Assembly: GCF_003918875.1 (NCBI RefSeq)
Contig: NW_025767460.1
Location: 186,001 to 250,000, forward strand
Length of the DNA: 64,000 nucleotides
Source: Haliotis rubra
Taxonomy: Eukaryota
Direction: 5' to 3'
Part shown: piece by piece, positions 11,098-24,834 of the stretch
Numbering within the stretch: the first letter of the stretch is position 1
Layout of the letters: every line of letters starts with the position of its first letter
Notes under the pieces: generated by a model
Database searches by the model: none
Told to the model about the DNA's origin: nothing
The model's input: only the letters and a program-made list of their open reading frames with translations
Translations under genes and position numbers: made by a program

Positions 11098-13894
11098 GTA
11101 TCATGTAATATTATTACACTTAGTGCTTACACGCACAGTCTGTCTGCAATCTATTAGCATGTGCCCTTTAGACTCCCAATGTGGTTGGTGCGGATGCAGT
11201 CAGATGTATTCCCGTCCAAAGTATTGGTTATGCATGCCCGCTGTAGGCCACGCAGGTACCAGTGGCACACGTGGTCGTCAAGTGTTGTTGCATTGGATAT
11301 GTGCTGTGTACATGTCTGTGTTTGACTTTGTAATACGAGCGTTCCCCGTCTCTGTTTCGATGTCTCCTATTGTGGCTAGTATTCGAAAGGACATCATCTG
11401 TAGCTGGTAACCCAAGGCTAACACATTAATGAACAAAAAACAGTTTTCGTCCACAAATGATGTCCTCACTCCATTTCCTCCGACTCCAGATGCAACCTTC
11501 CTAGATAGTCGTTAACCTTATTGAGGACTTGGCGGAGTTAATGAATGAGTTTGTACCTGTTCCTCACTGCCTCGTAATCAATGAAGGATAAGGTTGCCGC
11601 GAGGTGTGGTTTCTGCCACCTCTCATCCTCTTTACCATTGCGTCTGGATAACACATAATTACATCCCCCTCCCACCCAAACAGACAGGTGCCCCCACACC
11701 ACCCCTCCAGCCACTGCACGTACGGGTAGACCGTGGCCTCTGATGTCGACAGACATCTTTCACGTATGCAAGATAAGGCTCGAGGATCGTTGATATTGAT
11801 GTCTGGTTCCATGCTGACGAAGGGAACTTGATGTCCATCTTGTCAAAAGTGAAACTGTTTTGACCTTGGAAAGCAGTTCTATGCATTTCAGTTTGTCCAC
11901 TTTCATGCTCGTGCAGATTTCGCCAGGTCAAGTGTTGTGATTTGATAAATGGACAATGTAATTTCAAAACTTAGGCAGAATTTATGCAGTTCTAACAAAA
12001 TCTAGATTCCAGGTGGCCAACTCTGTTATGTCCTATTTGTATGTTGATCCCGCGGATACGGGTTGTCTGTGACTCCCTATTGACACTCGCGACCAGGAAG
12101 GGTCATTATAGCCCCGTCATAGTCGACATTACTGATCAGCAGACTGGAGCCTGGCGCCACCGAGACTTTGGTCGGAACTGAGTCAACACACTTGTGTGAG
12201 CTGCAGGCTTCTCACAGTCCATTTCATGGAGTATATTCATATCCTTTATGTAGTTGTGACGCTTCTCGCGTGTTGCCACATGACTGATAATATTATTGCA
12301 AGCGTATGAATACATATACGCTCTGCAACATTTAATCGTATAAAATAAAATGTACAAAAATAAAACTTATATCTACGGGAGGTTTTGATGATCACACAAG
12401 AACGCGTTAGGAATGTCTTCACGACGTCAGTCCGGGAACCACACATCTTTGGGGCTCACTTTGAAACATGTTAAAGATAAAAAACAACAACGTTTGATCA
12501 GTATTATTTAAAATAACAGCGTAGCCATTTTACGAGAACATGCACGTGTCCTGCTAGTTCTCACGTCCCTTTGAAAATATTTCACAATGCATTGTCACAT
12601 GTATCATATTGTAATTGGCGGAAGTCGATGCGGATAGCTACATAGCTATTGTTGGGCCCGGTCGGAAGTTGTACTGTAGCTGGTAGAACGTTGTATATGC
12701 TGTCACGTCGAAGGAAGATTTAAAGCACTACAATAATGAAAATTTATTTTGAAAATTATCATAATTCCCCGCCAAGTTTGGAAACCACTTAACTTCATTA
12801 AACTGTCCACGAGGACGACCCTACATCCAGCCCGCCCCAGAGCCGGCGTTGAGTAGATGGTGTTAACGATCCAGCTATTGTGATCGTAGTGAATGCAAGT
12901 GATCTGAAATAGGAAATAGTTAACAGAGGTGTGGAAAAAACTAACACTATCTCACCTAAATAGACTCCCATTGTTATTTTAGCACCACTGATAATACAGT
13001 AAACGAATAAATTATTTACACAAACGGTTTAATTCACTTCTTTGTTCGAGATGACGTTAGAGAAAAGTAAATGCCAAGTTTGCATAGAAGATGGCGATGA
13101 TGGTGACTGTATAGCTGTTTTCTCTCATACAGCGGTTCTGTGTGGTGAATACACGCTCTCGATCTGTAGCTGTTTGTGTGATAAAACCGAGATGACCGAG
13201 CAGGCATCTTCTGATGTATGAGGTAACTAGTGTAGAATCAGTGTCCACAGTTAGTAGCATTTACTGGTTTCCATAGTAACGTTAAGTGTAGACAAGGACC
13301 GACATGACATGACTTGTATGTTCATTAGTACCCTCTTGTTAATATCGGATGGTAAGTTAAAGATTACACAACACATATACGTCATGTACATGTTGTCTCT
13401 CGTGGGTGAACTGTTAGTGTGAGTATACAATCAGCCAGGCATGATCTTCACTGGGAAGACAAGCTTTGATCTGTGACACCCCCTACCTTCCCCACCACCC
13501 GTCTGTGTCGGATATCCCCCAACAGTTGCGCCAGTAATAACGTAATTTGCCATGTTGAATGTCAAAGTGAAGAGAAACAAATTTAAGTAGGATTGCTCAA
13601 CCGACAAGGCATTCATAGCCATGTTTTAATCTCAAAACGTCTACACGGCTCTTCATGTGGTACACACTTGTCCCCCTACATCCGCCCTTGTATAATCATA
13701 GTTTATATTATGTATCTATGTCCCTCCGGGACTCCACTACAGGTAAATACATCCGTCGATGTGAGCGCCGAGATCAGTAGGAGGATGTACGTGGGGCTGA
13801 TAACACGGCCTCCACTGTGGAGGTGATCTGTCATAGCCGGCACCTTGTAGTTCCAGTGTGTTACCTGAAGCTGCCCTGTCCGCCTGTCCAGGTC

Positions 13895-15958
13895 CGTTCT
13901 GAAACATTGTCACTCAACATAGTCACTAAAAGGACGTGGGTGAAGTGTTGGTAGTGTCCTGAAACATAGTCACTTATAGGACGTGGGTGAAGTGTTGGTA
14001 GTGTCCTGAAACATAGTCACTTATAGGACGTGGGTGAAGTGTTGGTAGTGTCCTGAAACATAGTCACTTATAGGACGTGGGTGAAGTGTTGGTAGTGTCC
14101 TGAAACATAGTCACTTAAAGGACGTGGGTGAAGTGTTGGTAGTGTCCTGAAACATAGTCACTTATAGGACGTGGGTGAAGTGTTGGTAGTGTCCTGAAAC
14201 ATAGTCACTTAAAGGACGTAGGTGAAATGTAGGCAGTGTCCTGAAACATAGTCACTTAAAGGACGTGGGTGAAATGTAGGCAGTGTCCTGAAACATAGTC
14301 ACTTAAAGGACGTAGGTGGAAATGTAGGCAGTGTCCTGAAACATAGTCACTTAAAGGACGTGGGTGAAGTGTTGGTAGTGTCCTGAAACATAGTCACTTA
14401 TAGGACGTGGGTGAAGTGTTGGTAGTGTCCTGAAACATAGTCACTTAAAGGACGTGGGTGAAGTGTTGGTAGTGTCCTGAAACATAGTCACTTAAAGGAC
14501 GTAGGTGAAATGTAGGCAGTGTCCTGAAACATAGTCACTTAAAGGACGTGGGTGAAATGTAGGCAGTGTCCTGAAACATAGTCACTTATAGGACGTGGGT
14601 GAAGTGTTGGTAGTGTCCTGAAACATAGTCACTTAAAGGACGTGGGTGAAGTGTTGGTAGTGTCCTGAAACATAGTCACTTATAGGACGTGGGTGAAGTG
14701 TTGGTAGTGTCCTGAAACATAGTCACTTAAAGGACGTGGGTGAAGTGTTGGTAGTGTCCTGAAACATAGTCACTTATAGGACGTGGGTGAAGTGTTGGTA
14801 GTGTCCTGAAACATAGTCACTTAAAGGACGTGGGTGAAGTGTTGGTAGTGTCCTGAAACATAGTCACTTATAGGACGTGGGTGAAGTGTTGGTAGTGTCC
14901 TGAAACATAGTCACTTATAGGACGTGGGTGAAGTGTTGGTAGTGTCCTGAAACATAGTCACTTATAGGACGTGGGTGAAGTGTTGGTAGTGTCCTGAAAC
15001 ATAGTCACTTATAGGACGTAGGTGGAAATGTAGGCAGTGTCCTGAAACATAGTCACTTAAAGGACGTGGGTGAAGTGTTGGTAGTGTCCTGAAACATAGT
15101 CACTTAAAGGACGTGGGTGAAGTGTTGGTAGTGTCCTGAAACATAGTCACTTATTGGACGTGGGTGAAGTGTTGGTAGTGTCCTGAAACATAGTCACTTA
15201 TAGGACGTGGGTGAAGTGTTGGTAGTGTCCTGAAACATAGTCACTTATAGGACGTGGGTGGACATATATGTAGTGTCCTGAAACATAGTCACTTAAAGGA
15301 CGTGGGTGAAGTGTTGGTAGTGTCCTGAAACATAGTCACTTATAGGACGTGGGTGACATGTATGGTAGTGTCCTGAAACATAGTCACTTATAGGACGTGG
15401 GTGAAGTGTTGGTAGTGTCCTGAAACATAGTCACTTATAGGACGTGGGTGAAGTGTTGGTAGTGTCCTGAAACATAGTCACTGGGTGAAGTGTTGGTAGT
15501 GGACGTGGGTGAAGTGTTGGTAGTGTCCTGAAACTTGAAGGACGTGGGTGGTTGGTAGTGTCCTGAAACATAGTCACTTATAGGACGTGGGTGAAGTGTT
15601 GGTAGTGTCCTGAAACATAGTCACTTATAGGACGTGGGTGAAGTGTTGGTAGTGTCCTGAAACATAGTCACTTAAAGGACGTGGGTGAAGTGTTGGTAGT
15701 GTCCTGAAACATAGTCACTTAAAGGACGTGGGTGAAGTGTTGGTAGTGTCCTGAAACATAGTCACTTAAAGGACGTGGGTGAAGTGTTGGTAGTGTCCTG
15801 AAACATAGTCACTTAAAGGACGTAGGTGGAAATGTAGGCAGTGTCCTGAAACATAGTCACTTAAAGGACGTCGGTGGAAATGTAGGCAGTGTCCTGAAAC
15901 ATAGTCACTTAAAGGACGTAGGTGGAAATATAGATAGTGTCCTGAAGCATAGACACTG
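13895..15958. repeat. Minisatellite, 47-bp unit GTGTCCTGAAACATAGTCACTTATAGGACGTGGGTGAAGTGTTGGTA
   Basis: About 44 tandem units. Confidence 0.97.
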
Positions 15959-18900
15959 AATTGCCGTGGGAACGCATTGTCGTTGTCAGCTTGGTTTCAA
16001 AGATATGTTGATGATGACGAGACGCTAAAGTTACCCCTGATACAAGTTAAACAAGAGACGATGACAAGATTACCGTGTCTGTGGCTATCGAGGCCGTACA
16101 TTCGTAACATCCTTGTGGTCTTGTATAATGATAGATACGGCCTTTTGAGAAGCCGCTAGCTTACGATAGGTGACAGTTCCTCCAGAACACAGCAGCACAG
16201 AGTGGGTGAGTGAGGTCCGGGACTCGCTACACTGACACCCAGGCGTTCTGTCGAACTCGTCAGTATATTTTGCGTATCTTTACTCGAACAAGACCTTTGG
16301 CGCAGCGTGAGTATACACTCGAACCATAGCGAGCTGTAATGACACATAGTGAAATAAGTTCTACATATGGTGTAAACATTGAAGCATCAGATACGCGCAC
16401 ACTCAAAGGCGTCACACGCGGCGCGCACCGGTCTACACGCCGACTCCCCTGGCGGGAACATTCTGATTGTGTTGGATGACGGCCAAGGGAAACAACTCTA
16501 ACTTGCTGAAAGCAGATCACGACCTTGGTAAACTCGTCGATGTTTTCCGACAATCAAAATACTGGTATTTGTTGCGGTAAGGTGTGCGGGGTGGAATTGG
16601 TTAATAAGGAATTATGTGTTTTTTAACAACAACACCAAGAATCTCTAAATTTTAAGCAGGTGTAAAAATATTTGTTGATGTGTCGTCAGATCTCGTCAGC
16701 CTGAAGGAGTTGGCGATAGTACAAACATGTGGTAAATTCGAGGCACAGCTTTCACTGCTAAGTAGATACACATAGTTTTGATGAATATTGTTGCTGGTAA
16801 CGGCTTCAATATTGTGACGGAGCAGAATACTGTTTTGTCTTTTCTTTGGTCCTTGAAGGCCTGGCTGCCTAACGCCTCCGGTAGCCATTTGTTTTATTTG
16901 GATATGTCCTGGCCCCTGAGCTCAAACGTTTCGCGAGCACCCGTGGTCTATTTTCACTGTTGCGTTTTCTTGTTATGGAAACATTTCCCATGGGCACACA
17001 ACGGTCAGTATCGGTTTAATCCTGGATTATGACGGCTGGATTACAGCAGTGTCAATGGGCATTTCTTGGTCTTATTCGGCAGAATATCAAAGCCTTTTCA
17101 GTAGATGGTTGGGAGTCGTTAAACAAGGTGGAGTTCAAATAACGTCAAATAGCCGCTGAGTATTAGTGATATTAAGTGATTAAATGTATCGACGATGGAA
17201 ACAATGGATAATTCAGCTTTGTCATCGGACTGAGTATCCCAGTGATGGTTACACCTGTACATGGGAACGCCATGCATTCCTCTCTGTTCTCCATCTCAAG
17301 ACATACATACCAGTTGCTTGCATTAGCAGTTGAACAGCGCAGTACCTGTACATTTGAACTCTGTCGTCGCTGCTAATATTTCCCATGGAATTCGGTTTGT
17401 CTGTGTTTCTAGTTAAATGGACCGATATTTCAATACCGATTGTGCGCATGTTTAGGATTGGTTGAACAGAAATAATTAGTTGTTGAAAGTAGCAAATTGT
17501 GATTACATCATTACCGGTGTGATACCGCTTACTGGAGATGAGAGTCAAGCGAAGTTACCACTCATCAATCATTTTGTGTAAGATTAAACCCCTCTCGTCA
17601 GAATCATCAACTGCGGTCTGTTCTCCTGACAAGTGTTCAACTGATCATATCGTGTAATCGGCGGTAAAAATACTATTAAAGATAGTCTCAGATGTAATAG
17701 TTATCGCTGAAATCATGCGATACATTTGAAACAGTTGCAACTCTCATTTATCATAGATCTCGAGGACTGAGTGAGCAATTCTAGGAAAGCACACTGTCTA
17801 AATAAAAACCGCTCACCTCCCCCACCGCCAACCCTCGTGAATTAGCACCTAGTGTGCTGAAGTCGGACTGCCTCACCCTGGTGCGCACCTGCCGTTGTGA
17901 GGTCGTGTAACCCCCAGAGAGCTTACCTCGCCCGTGAGGGAGAAATACATTATTATCATTAGCTTGCAGAAATCGTACATAACTGCAAGTGAAATATTAT
18001 GCAACTGTAGCTGCGAGTTGTGCACCCATACATAATCATTACGTCTGCAGGATTTACTTTAAAGCACATGTTACAGGAGCGATGTAAACCAGTAGCATCT
18101 TCCCAAGCTCTTGCAGCTGACGTCGTACATGGTGTATATGTGTATTCCAGTTTAAAGGTATTTGAGTTAGTAATCGCCAACATGGAAACAAATAGAAGCA
18201 TGTTACGAGCGTGAAAGAGGCATGTAAGACATGAAGTGGTTATATCTCTGGTGACTACGCATGTTGATACGACACCCTCCCCTCTATCGTCCAGGGTAAT
18301 CTACAGGAGGCATACCGATAGACGGGCCACGTTATCCACGGTTTATCCCATATACATCTGAGGAGTGTTTTCCTACTCAATCTACTGCGAGCCTACTCCA
18401 GCCATTCCGGCTGTCATGTCCACTTGACCAGTGTTATATAGTGACCCTCTTATCTCCTGACCTGTGCAGTAAACACGTACTATCTACACGCCTGCACCGG
18501 TCTTTGTCCACCCCGCATTTGATCTTCAAAACCACCCGTCGCCTTCGGTCAGCAGTTCGATGACCAGAGTTGCGTCCCCTGGGTGTTAAAGCTCCTTATG
18601 ATCTTGAATTCAAGTCGATGACATGGTCCTTGGTTTCTCAGCACCACACCTAGCTTATTCGTTTCTACACATTTTCAAACGTTTAAAGAGTAGCATTACA
18701 ACAGAGTGACTGATTCCCCCGGTACTGGGAAGTTGTACACCGCTGATACCAGACTGGGTGTTGGATCTGATTCATCTGACGTTAGTGTTGCAGGCTCTTT
18801 CACGGCTTTAAGGTGCACGAGTTGTAACACAATAGTTGGCAAAGCTCTGTTTGTGTGACATTCGGAGTTACCGAAGGTCATGTTCATATATTTTGGCCGT

Positions 18901-21262
18901 CCTTGTATCTTTATATTGGCACTGATAATAAGTGTTTTCCAAACAGAGAAAGCTTGGCCTTATTGATGAAGGCCGGCTTGACCATAGCCTCGCTCCAAGG
19001 CCGTACTGGATGATAGTTCCACATGTGGATAGTATTCTGTCCTTACAATAGGCAGGTCGAGATAGAGGGACAGTACGGGTGTTTTATCGGGATGACTTTT
19101 TCTTATTATATATCTGATCTAGGATTTGTGATGACCTAACTAATGATTGTTACTGAAACTTGTACAAGTGTACCTTGGTCACTGTATACAATAGCCATGT
19201 TCCGTGAGGCCGACCTGTTCCGCCTGTTTGTATAGCGGGTCCTTCTGCTCTGTGTGCTCTGGCCAGACATGGAATGTGATACTATGTTTAACATTGATAA
19301 AGCCAAGCATTTGCTCACAGCCGCGTTGTATCGGCCTGTAAATCCTAAAAGCCTAATCTATCGCATTGAAGTGATCAGCGCAGTTTCCTCATCTAGTAGC
19401 CCCTGGCCAGTCGCCGCTATCTTAATTACTATTTGACCACTCTATCAAAGACCTTACATCTCCCTGTGGGAGAGTTTCCCAGAGATTCGATTCCTCGTGC
19501 GCTCAAGTCTCCGTTCAGCTCTCTTACCTGTAAGAACTTAATAACGTGCTCGGCTTGTGACAAAGCTTGAAATTGGTCAATTTAAAGACCGTTAAAGGTG
19601 TTGGCTTTGCATTCAGCCTTCAGTATATGAGACCGAGAAGGCAGTTAGTGCACATGACAAATTCCAGTGATCTTTGCAAGGGTCGTAAATGGCGATAGCT
19701 GTTTTGAATGGCTGTGTCTGAGGACAGAATGGGATGCTAATTGTTATCAGGATTACCTGGATGATTCTGGAGCTATAATGATAGTAATGTGTTGAGGTTG
19801 GATTGCTCGACTGTTCTACTGCACTTCGTGAGACTGCGTGCATAATGGATGTCTGAACTGGCTCGCGGTTATCTCCCGAACTTCATACATGCTCTTTGAT
19901 AACTATTAATAAATCATTCATATTTATCAGTTTGCAAAATACTGATATGACGAACATATCACCGAGCGAATTGAATCATGTCATTCGTATCACTTACCAT
20001 TCCAAAAGTGTAAAATCAGTTTTTCGTGTAGTTTGTTGAATATATCGTTTTAGCACCTGTCCTAAGTTGTCTCTGTTGCAATATTTGAAGTAACGAAACT
20101 TTGGTTATGTCCGTCAGATGGGAGGTTTGGATTCTCTCTCTTTCAAATGAAAAGTTTAAATTCTCTCCGTCTCATTAATACGTTTAACAGCCGTCCTAAG
20201 TTTGATACTTATACCGCACCCAAGTTTCACTGCAATTATTTCGGGCATTGCTATGTAGCTTCTGTAAGGTAATAATCCCACAACTATTTATAAGTATAAT
20301 ACATGTACCCTGCAGGTCCGTGTAAGCATGACTTGCGGATCCTCCACATAACTAGCACAGGAGGCACACGTGTCTCCCTTATAAACAGGCATACGTAAAG
20401 TATTGTAATTGTGAAGCTCTATCGTCACATTCCGCCTGGCTACTGGTGTATACTACTAGTATCCGACTAGTTACAGCTCTTAACTACACGGGGCACTAAC
20501 CAGCAGAGATCAACATGTCATGTCAGGTATCACCACCCCACTGTCGTAACTGCACACCCCAAATACCGGCACTATACATGGTGATTCTGTCATTGGGTAG
20601 CACATCAACTCATCTGTTGACGTATTAACTCATATCCTTTTATTTCCGCTCTCTTGCAGTTTGGAATACGTTAGAACGAAACATTAAGCAAGTCACAATA
20701 GCGTTAATTCTTCATTTTGGAACACCTGGTGAAGTCTGACATACTGATCCCGACGTAAACAGTTGTAGTGACTACACAGCACTGGCAGTGATGCCCACGT
20801 CTTACCTCACCTGTAGAGCTGTTATTACACACCTAGCACAGGTATTTGGGGGGCTTTATACCCACAATCTCCAACCCCTGTCTGGCAACCCCACAATGTA
20901 GGTGACAGACGCACACCACATGAAGAGGATTTGGGGTCTTGGCGTCCTATGGAAGTCACTCATTTGGAAAATGCAACAATTTGTTCCCTTGAGATATATA
21001 TTCCTCATTTATTGAGCTTAATGTCTGGATGAAGTAACTCCCTGACCCCATCACAACTCAGGCGTGACCACACAACTAAATGGTAGACGCTACGCTGTTC
21101 TGGTGTAAAATTATCGTCATGCGTGTACGCCCGTACTGCAAGCCCCGTCAGTAAATATGGTGGTTAGATCCGCGAACGCGTAATTCAGAGGAGGGGAATA
21201 AACCAAAGTTAAATAATGATAAAAACAAATGATCAACGAAGCAATCGCAATCACTGTGCAAA

Positions 21263-21594
21263 CAGTGTGCGAAATAGTTTCCAAAGTTTGCTAGCCAGTC
21301 GGGCTAGCTATGCCTGAAAGTTACTAGCCCACAAAATAGTCCACTAACCTGAAAGTTGAATGTCGACGCAGGTTTCATCGTCAAGCTGCTAATATGATGA
21401 ACATTTTAATCAGGCCATAATCTTGCATGATTTCAAAGTGCATTATAACTTAAACAAATCGGAGAGATTTATTTACACAATGACGCCATGAAAATTCATT
21501 AGTCAGTCGGGCCAGTGCCTGTGGAGATCTTTACTTGCCCGATTGGATTTTTACTAGCCACAGGGTAGCGGGCCAGTGTCTATTTCGCACACTG
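21263..21594. mobile_element. MITE with 15-bp perfect TIRs (hAT-like CAG.. ends)
   Basis: CAGTGTGCGAAATAG (21263-21277) and CTATTTCGCACACTG (21580-21594), with subterminal CTAGCC/GGGC(T/C)AG motifs. No clear 8-bp TSD. Confidence 0.7.
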
Positions 21595-22051
21595 CTAGGG
21601 AACGATGACATGGACGTTTAGGAACGTGTTGATAAGGGTCAAGAAGACGGGGTTGAGAAACCGCGCCAGGATAAGGCCTCAGTCTACATGGATCTTTAGA
21701 ACCTGGGGACCATCTGTAGACGGAAGATTTGTGTATCAGCCCTTTGCTGCTGTTAGTATAGTCCCCCTGCCGATATTGTTGCCCTTTGCTAAAGGTCATC
21801 TAATCTTTGTTTTGATTGGCTACGACACCTTAATGGCATCGTTGACCTTTGATCTTTTACTGATGTCGCAATGGTCTATTATGCGTACACTTTTTCAAAA
21901 GTTGATTGAAGTTTTCGTGTTAAAACGATTCAAACAAATTAAAGCAAAGCCAGTGAACGGATTCGATAAGAATATTTTGTTATGGGAATATTTGACGGAA
22001 GGAGGATACATAATTACAACCTAGTTTGTTCCTGCACTCAACGAGGTCCAC

Positions 22052-23150
22052 ACCGCTCCCAATCAGGTGAAGGTGAAGTGACGGGGCTGTGATTGTCTCT
22101 ACTGCTCCCTACCAGGTGAAGGTGTAGTGACGGGGCTGTGATTGCCTCTACCGCTCCCTACCAGGTGAAGGTGTAGTGACGGGGCTGTGATTGTCTATAC
22201 TGCTCCCTACCAGGTGAAGGTATAGTGACGGGGCTGTGATTGTCTCTACCGCTCCCTATCAGGTGAAGGTGTAGTGACGGGGCTGTGATTGTCTCTACCG
22301 CTCCCTATCAGGTGAAGGTGTAGTGACGGGGCTGTGATTGTCTCTACCGCTCCCTATCAGGTGAAGGTGTAGTGACGGGGCTGTGATTGTCTCTACCGCT
22401 CCCTACCAGGTGAAGGTGTAGTGACGGGGCTGTGATTGTCTCTACCGCTCCTATCAGGTGAAGGTGTAGTGACGGGGCTGTGATTGTCTCTACCGCCCCT
22501 ATCAGGTGAAGGTGTAGTGACGGGGCTGTGATTGTCTCTACCGCTCCCTATCAGGTGAAGGTGTAGTGACGGGGCTGTGATTGTCTCTACCGCTCCCTAC
22601 CAGGCGAAGGTGTAGTGACGGGGCTGTGATTGTCTATACTGCTCCCTATCAGGTGAAGGTGTAGTGACGGGGCTGTGATTGTTTCTACCGCTCCCTATCA
22701 GGTGAAGGTGTAGTGACGGGGCTGTGATTGTCTCTACCGCTCCCTACCAGGCGAAGGTGTAGTGACGGGGCTGTGATTGTGTCTACCGCTCCCTATCAGG
22801 TGAAGGTGTAGTGACGGGGCTGTGATTGTCTATACTGCTCCCTATCAGGTGAAGGTGTAGTGACGGGGCTGTGATTGTCTCTACCGCTCCCTACCAGGTG
22901 AAGGTGTAGTGACGGGGCTGTGATTGTCTCTACCGCACCCTACCAGGTGAAGGTGAAGTGACGGGGCTGTGATTGTCTCTACCGCTCCCTACCAGGTGAA
23001 GGTGTAGTGACGGGGCTGTGATTGTCTCTACCGCTCCCTACCAGGTGAAGGTGTAGTGACGGGGCTGTGATTGTCTCTACCGCTCCCTACCAGGTGAAGG
23101 TGAAGTGACGGGGCTGTGATTGTCGATACTGCTCCCTATCTTGTGAAGGT
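22052..23150. repeat. Minisatellite, 49-bp unit CCAGGTGAAGGTGTAGTGACGGGGCTGTGATTGTCTCTACCGCTCCCTA
   Basis: About 22 tandem units. Confidence 0.97.
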
Positions 23151-23803
23151 TTAAAGATGACGAGGGGGCATACGGATAACACTGGTGTCAGGGCCAATCA
23201 ACATACATTATTACACACATTACCTGTTATCTTTTAACCCAAGACACCCTTTTTATTTCCCTCCATATTTCATAGTTAATCAAGAGCGTGCTTGATGTGT
23301 TTGCCATCGCGACTGCGTGTATGTTGCAGTAGGTAAACCACTTGCTGTCGAGGTGTTTATCTGCCGACTGCAGCTAGGGCGGAACAGTGTTGGGGGCAGC
23401 AGAGCGTCATAGGCCATACACCGACATATGGTCAAATACTTGAGTCCTACGTAGCTCCAGGAACCACGAGACTCAGAAGGCGCTGATTCATGCTTAATTC
23501 CCCACATAAAAGACCCCCAAATAAAGCTTTGGCGCTCATTACTGGCCAGTAATTGAAACCACGTGCTCGCTCGCTAGCGTTAATTGTAGCGAGGAAAAGT
23601 TCATTACTCTATGTTCATGTGACATGCAATTCATCTGCAGCAGACAGAACCGAAACAGAGGATACACAGTCAACAGGCCAGACACAGTATGTTTGGTATA
23701 TTGTAAGCTTTATTATCACTCTTAACGTGTCACGTGTCACTACCCCTATGTCGGACCGACGTCGTGTCCACACAGTGAAACTGGTCACTCATATCACTGG
23801 ACT

Positions 23804-23993
23804 TAGTTCGTCTCACAGTCCCTGAACCACATTATTGTCCCAGCTCTTTTTGCAATGCTAAAGCCCTAAATGTAGCAAGTGTATATTTCCTCAGGTTCAG
23901 AACCTCTTGTCTCCCTGGGGCTCCTTTTCAAGTTATATGGGTTCGTTTGTTACTATCAAGATTATATATATTCAGAGACTAAGCGTTAGTCTA
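23804..23993 (+). mobile_element. Second copy of the TAG..CTA element
   Basis: Shares CTCACAGTCCCTGAACCACATTA and TTTGTTACTATCAA.ATTATATATATTCAGAGACTAAGC.TTAGTCTA with 57320-57489. The flanks CACTGGACT / CGCTGGACC match at 7 of 9 positions. Confidence 0.75.
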
Positions 23994-24834
23994 CGCTGGA
24001 CCCTGCAACACTGTACTCCGGACTGAGATGTATCGTACGCCACGATGTACCAACGCGTAACTCTGCAAGTGGGGTATCCAGTGCGGAGTATCTGTCTCCA
24101 GACACATCAAGGAATAATGCACAGGGGCGGACTGATGCTGGTTGCGGTGACCATGTGGTAGTTCCTCAATGTTGTGCTGGACGGTGTCCAGGTGTGTTGG
24201 GCCAGCTTCCCAGCCTCCACCAGGAGTGGAGAGGGGAGCATGGCGAGGCCAGGCAGCAGTTAGCTGGCCTTCTTACCTTCGCGGAATGTCAATATTCTAT
24301 TGTGAAAATAAATATTCCTTCGCGGCCCAGTTAAACAAACACATTTCTCTGCCATGATGAAGCCGAGTCTAAAGGGCAACGGACATGCGCAGAAAATAAT
24401 ATTTCCCATGATCCCGCTAAAATGTTTACAGAACAATAAATATGACAAACTGAGATTGCTGTTTGGGATCCCACAGGTGCCCACTGGTCAGAATATGACC
24501 TTGGTTCATATGCTAGTAGTTTAACTCTGGCCGACAAGGTCGACTCAGGTATTTCCGCTAAGTAGCTTCACCCTGTGACCAATTACACGTATGCAGTCAC
24601 AGAAAGTGAGCTAAAAACACTTGAATCAAGAAGTGAAGAGGGTTTGTTTCTTTTCGTATAGCATGCGGGGTAAATCCGCTAACACTCCTTACGTCAAACC
24701 ACAGACGCTACACACCGTGCATGTGCGTGCCTAACAAGGAGAGGTTCGACGCAATATAAGAGGGCTTGTGTTCAGTGGGCGGCCAACTGGACAACCGTCA
24801 GATTTTGATCTGCAGAAAGCTACGGAGAGAGAGA

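Noticed and set aside
13895-15958. CRISPR-like regular repeats
   Set aside because: The units are head-to-tail with no unique spacers, there are no cas genes, and the context is eukaryotic. The same applies to all arrays here.
21605-22024. 139-aa ORF
   Set aside because: It has no recognisable domain, signal peptide or suitable splice sites, and is likely a chance ORF next to a MITE.
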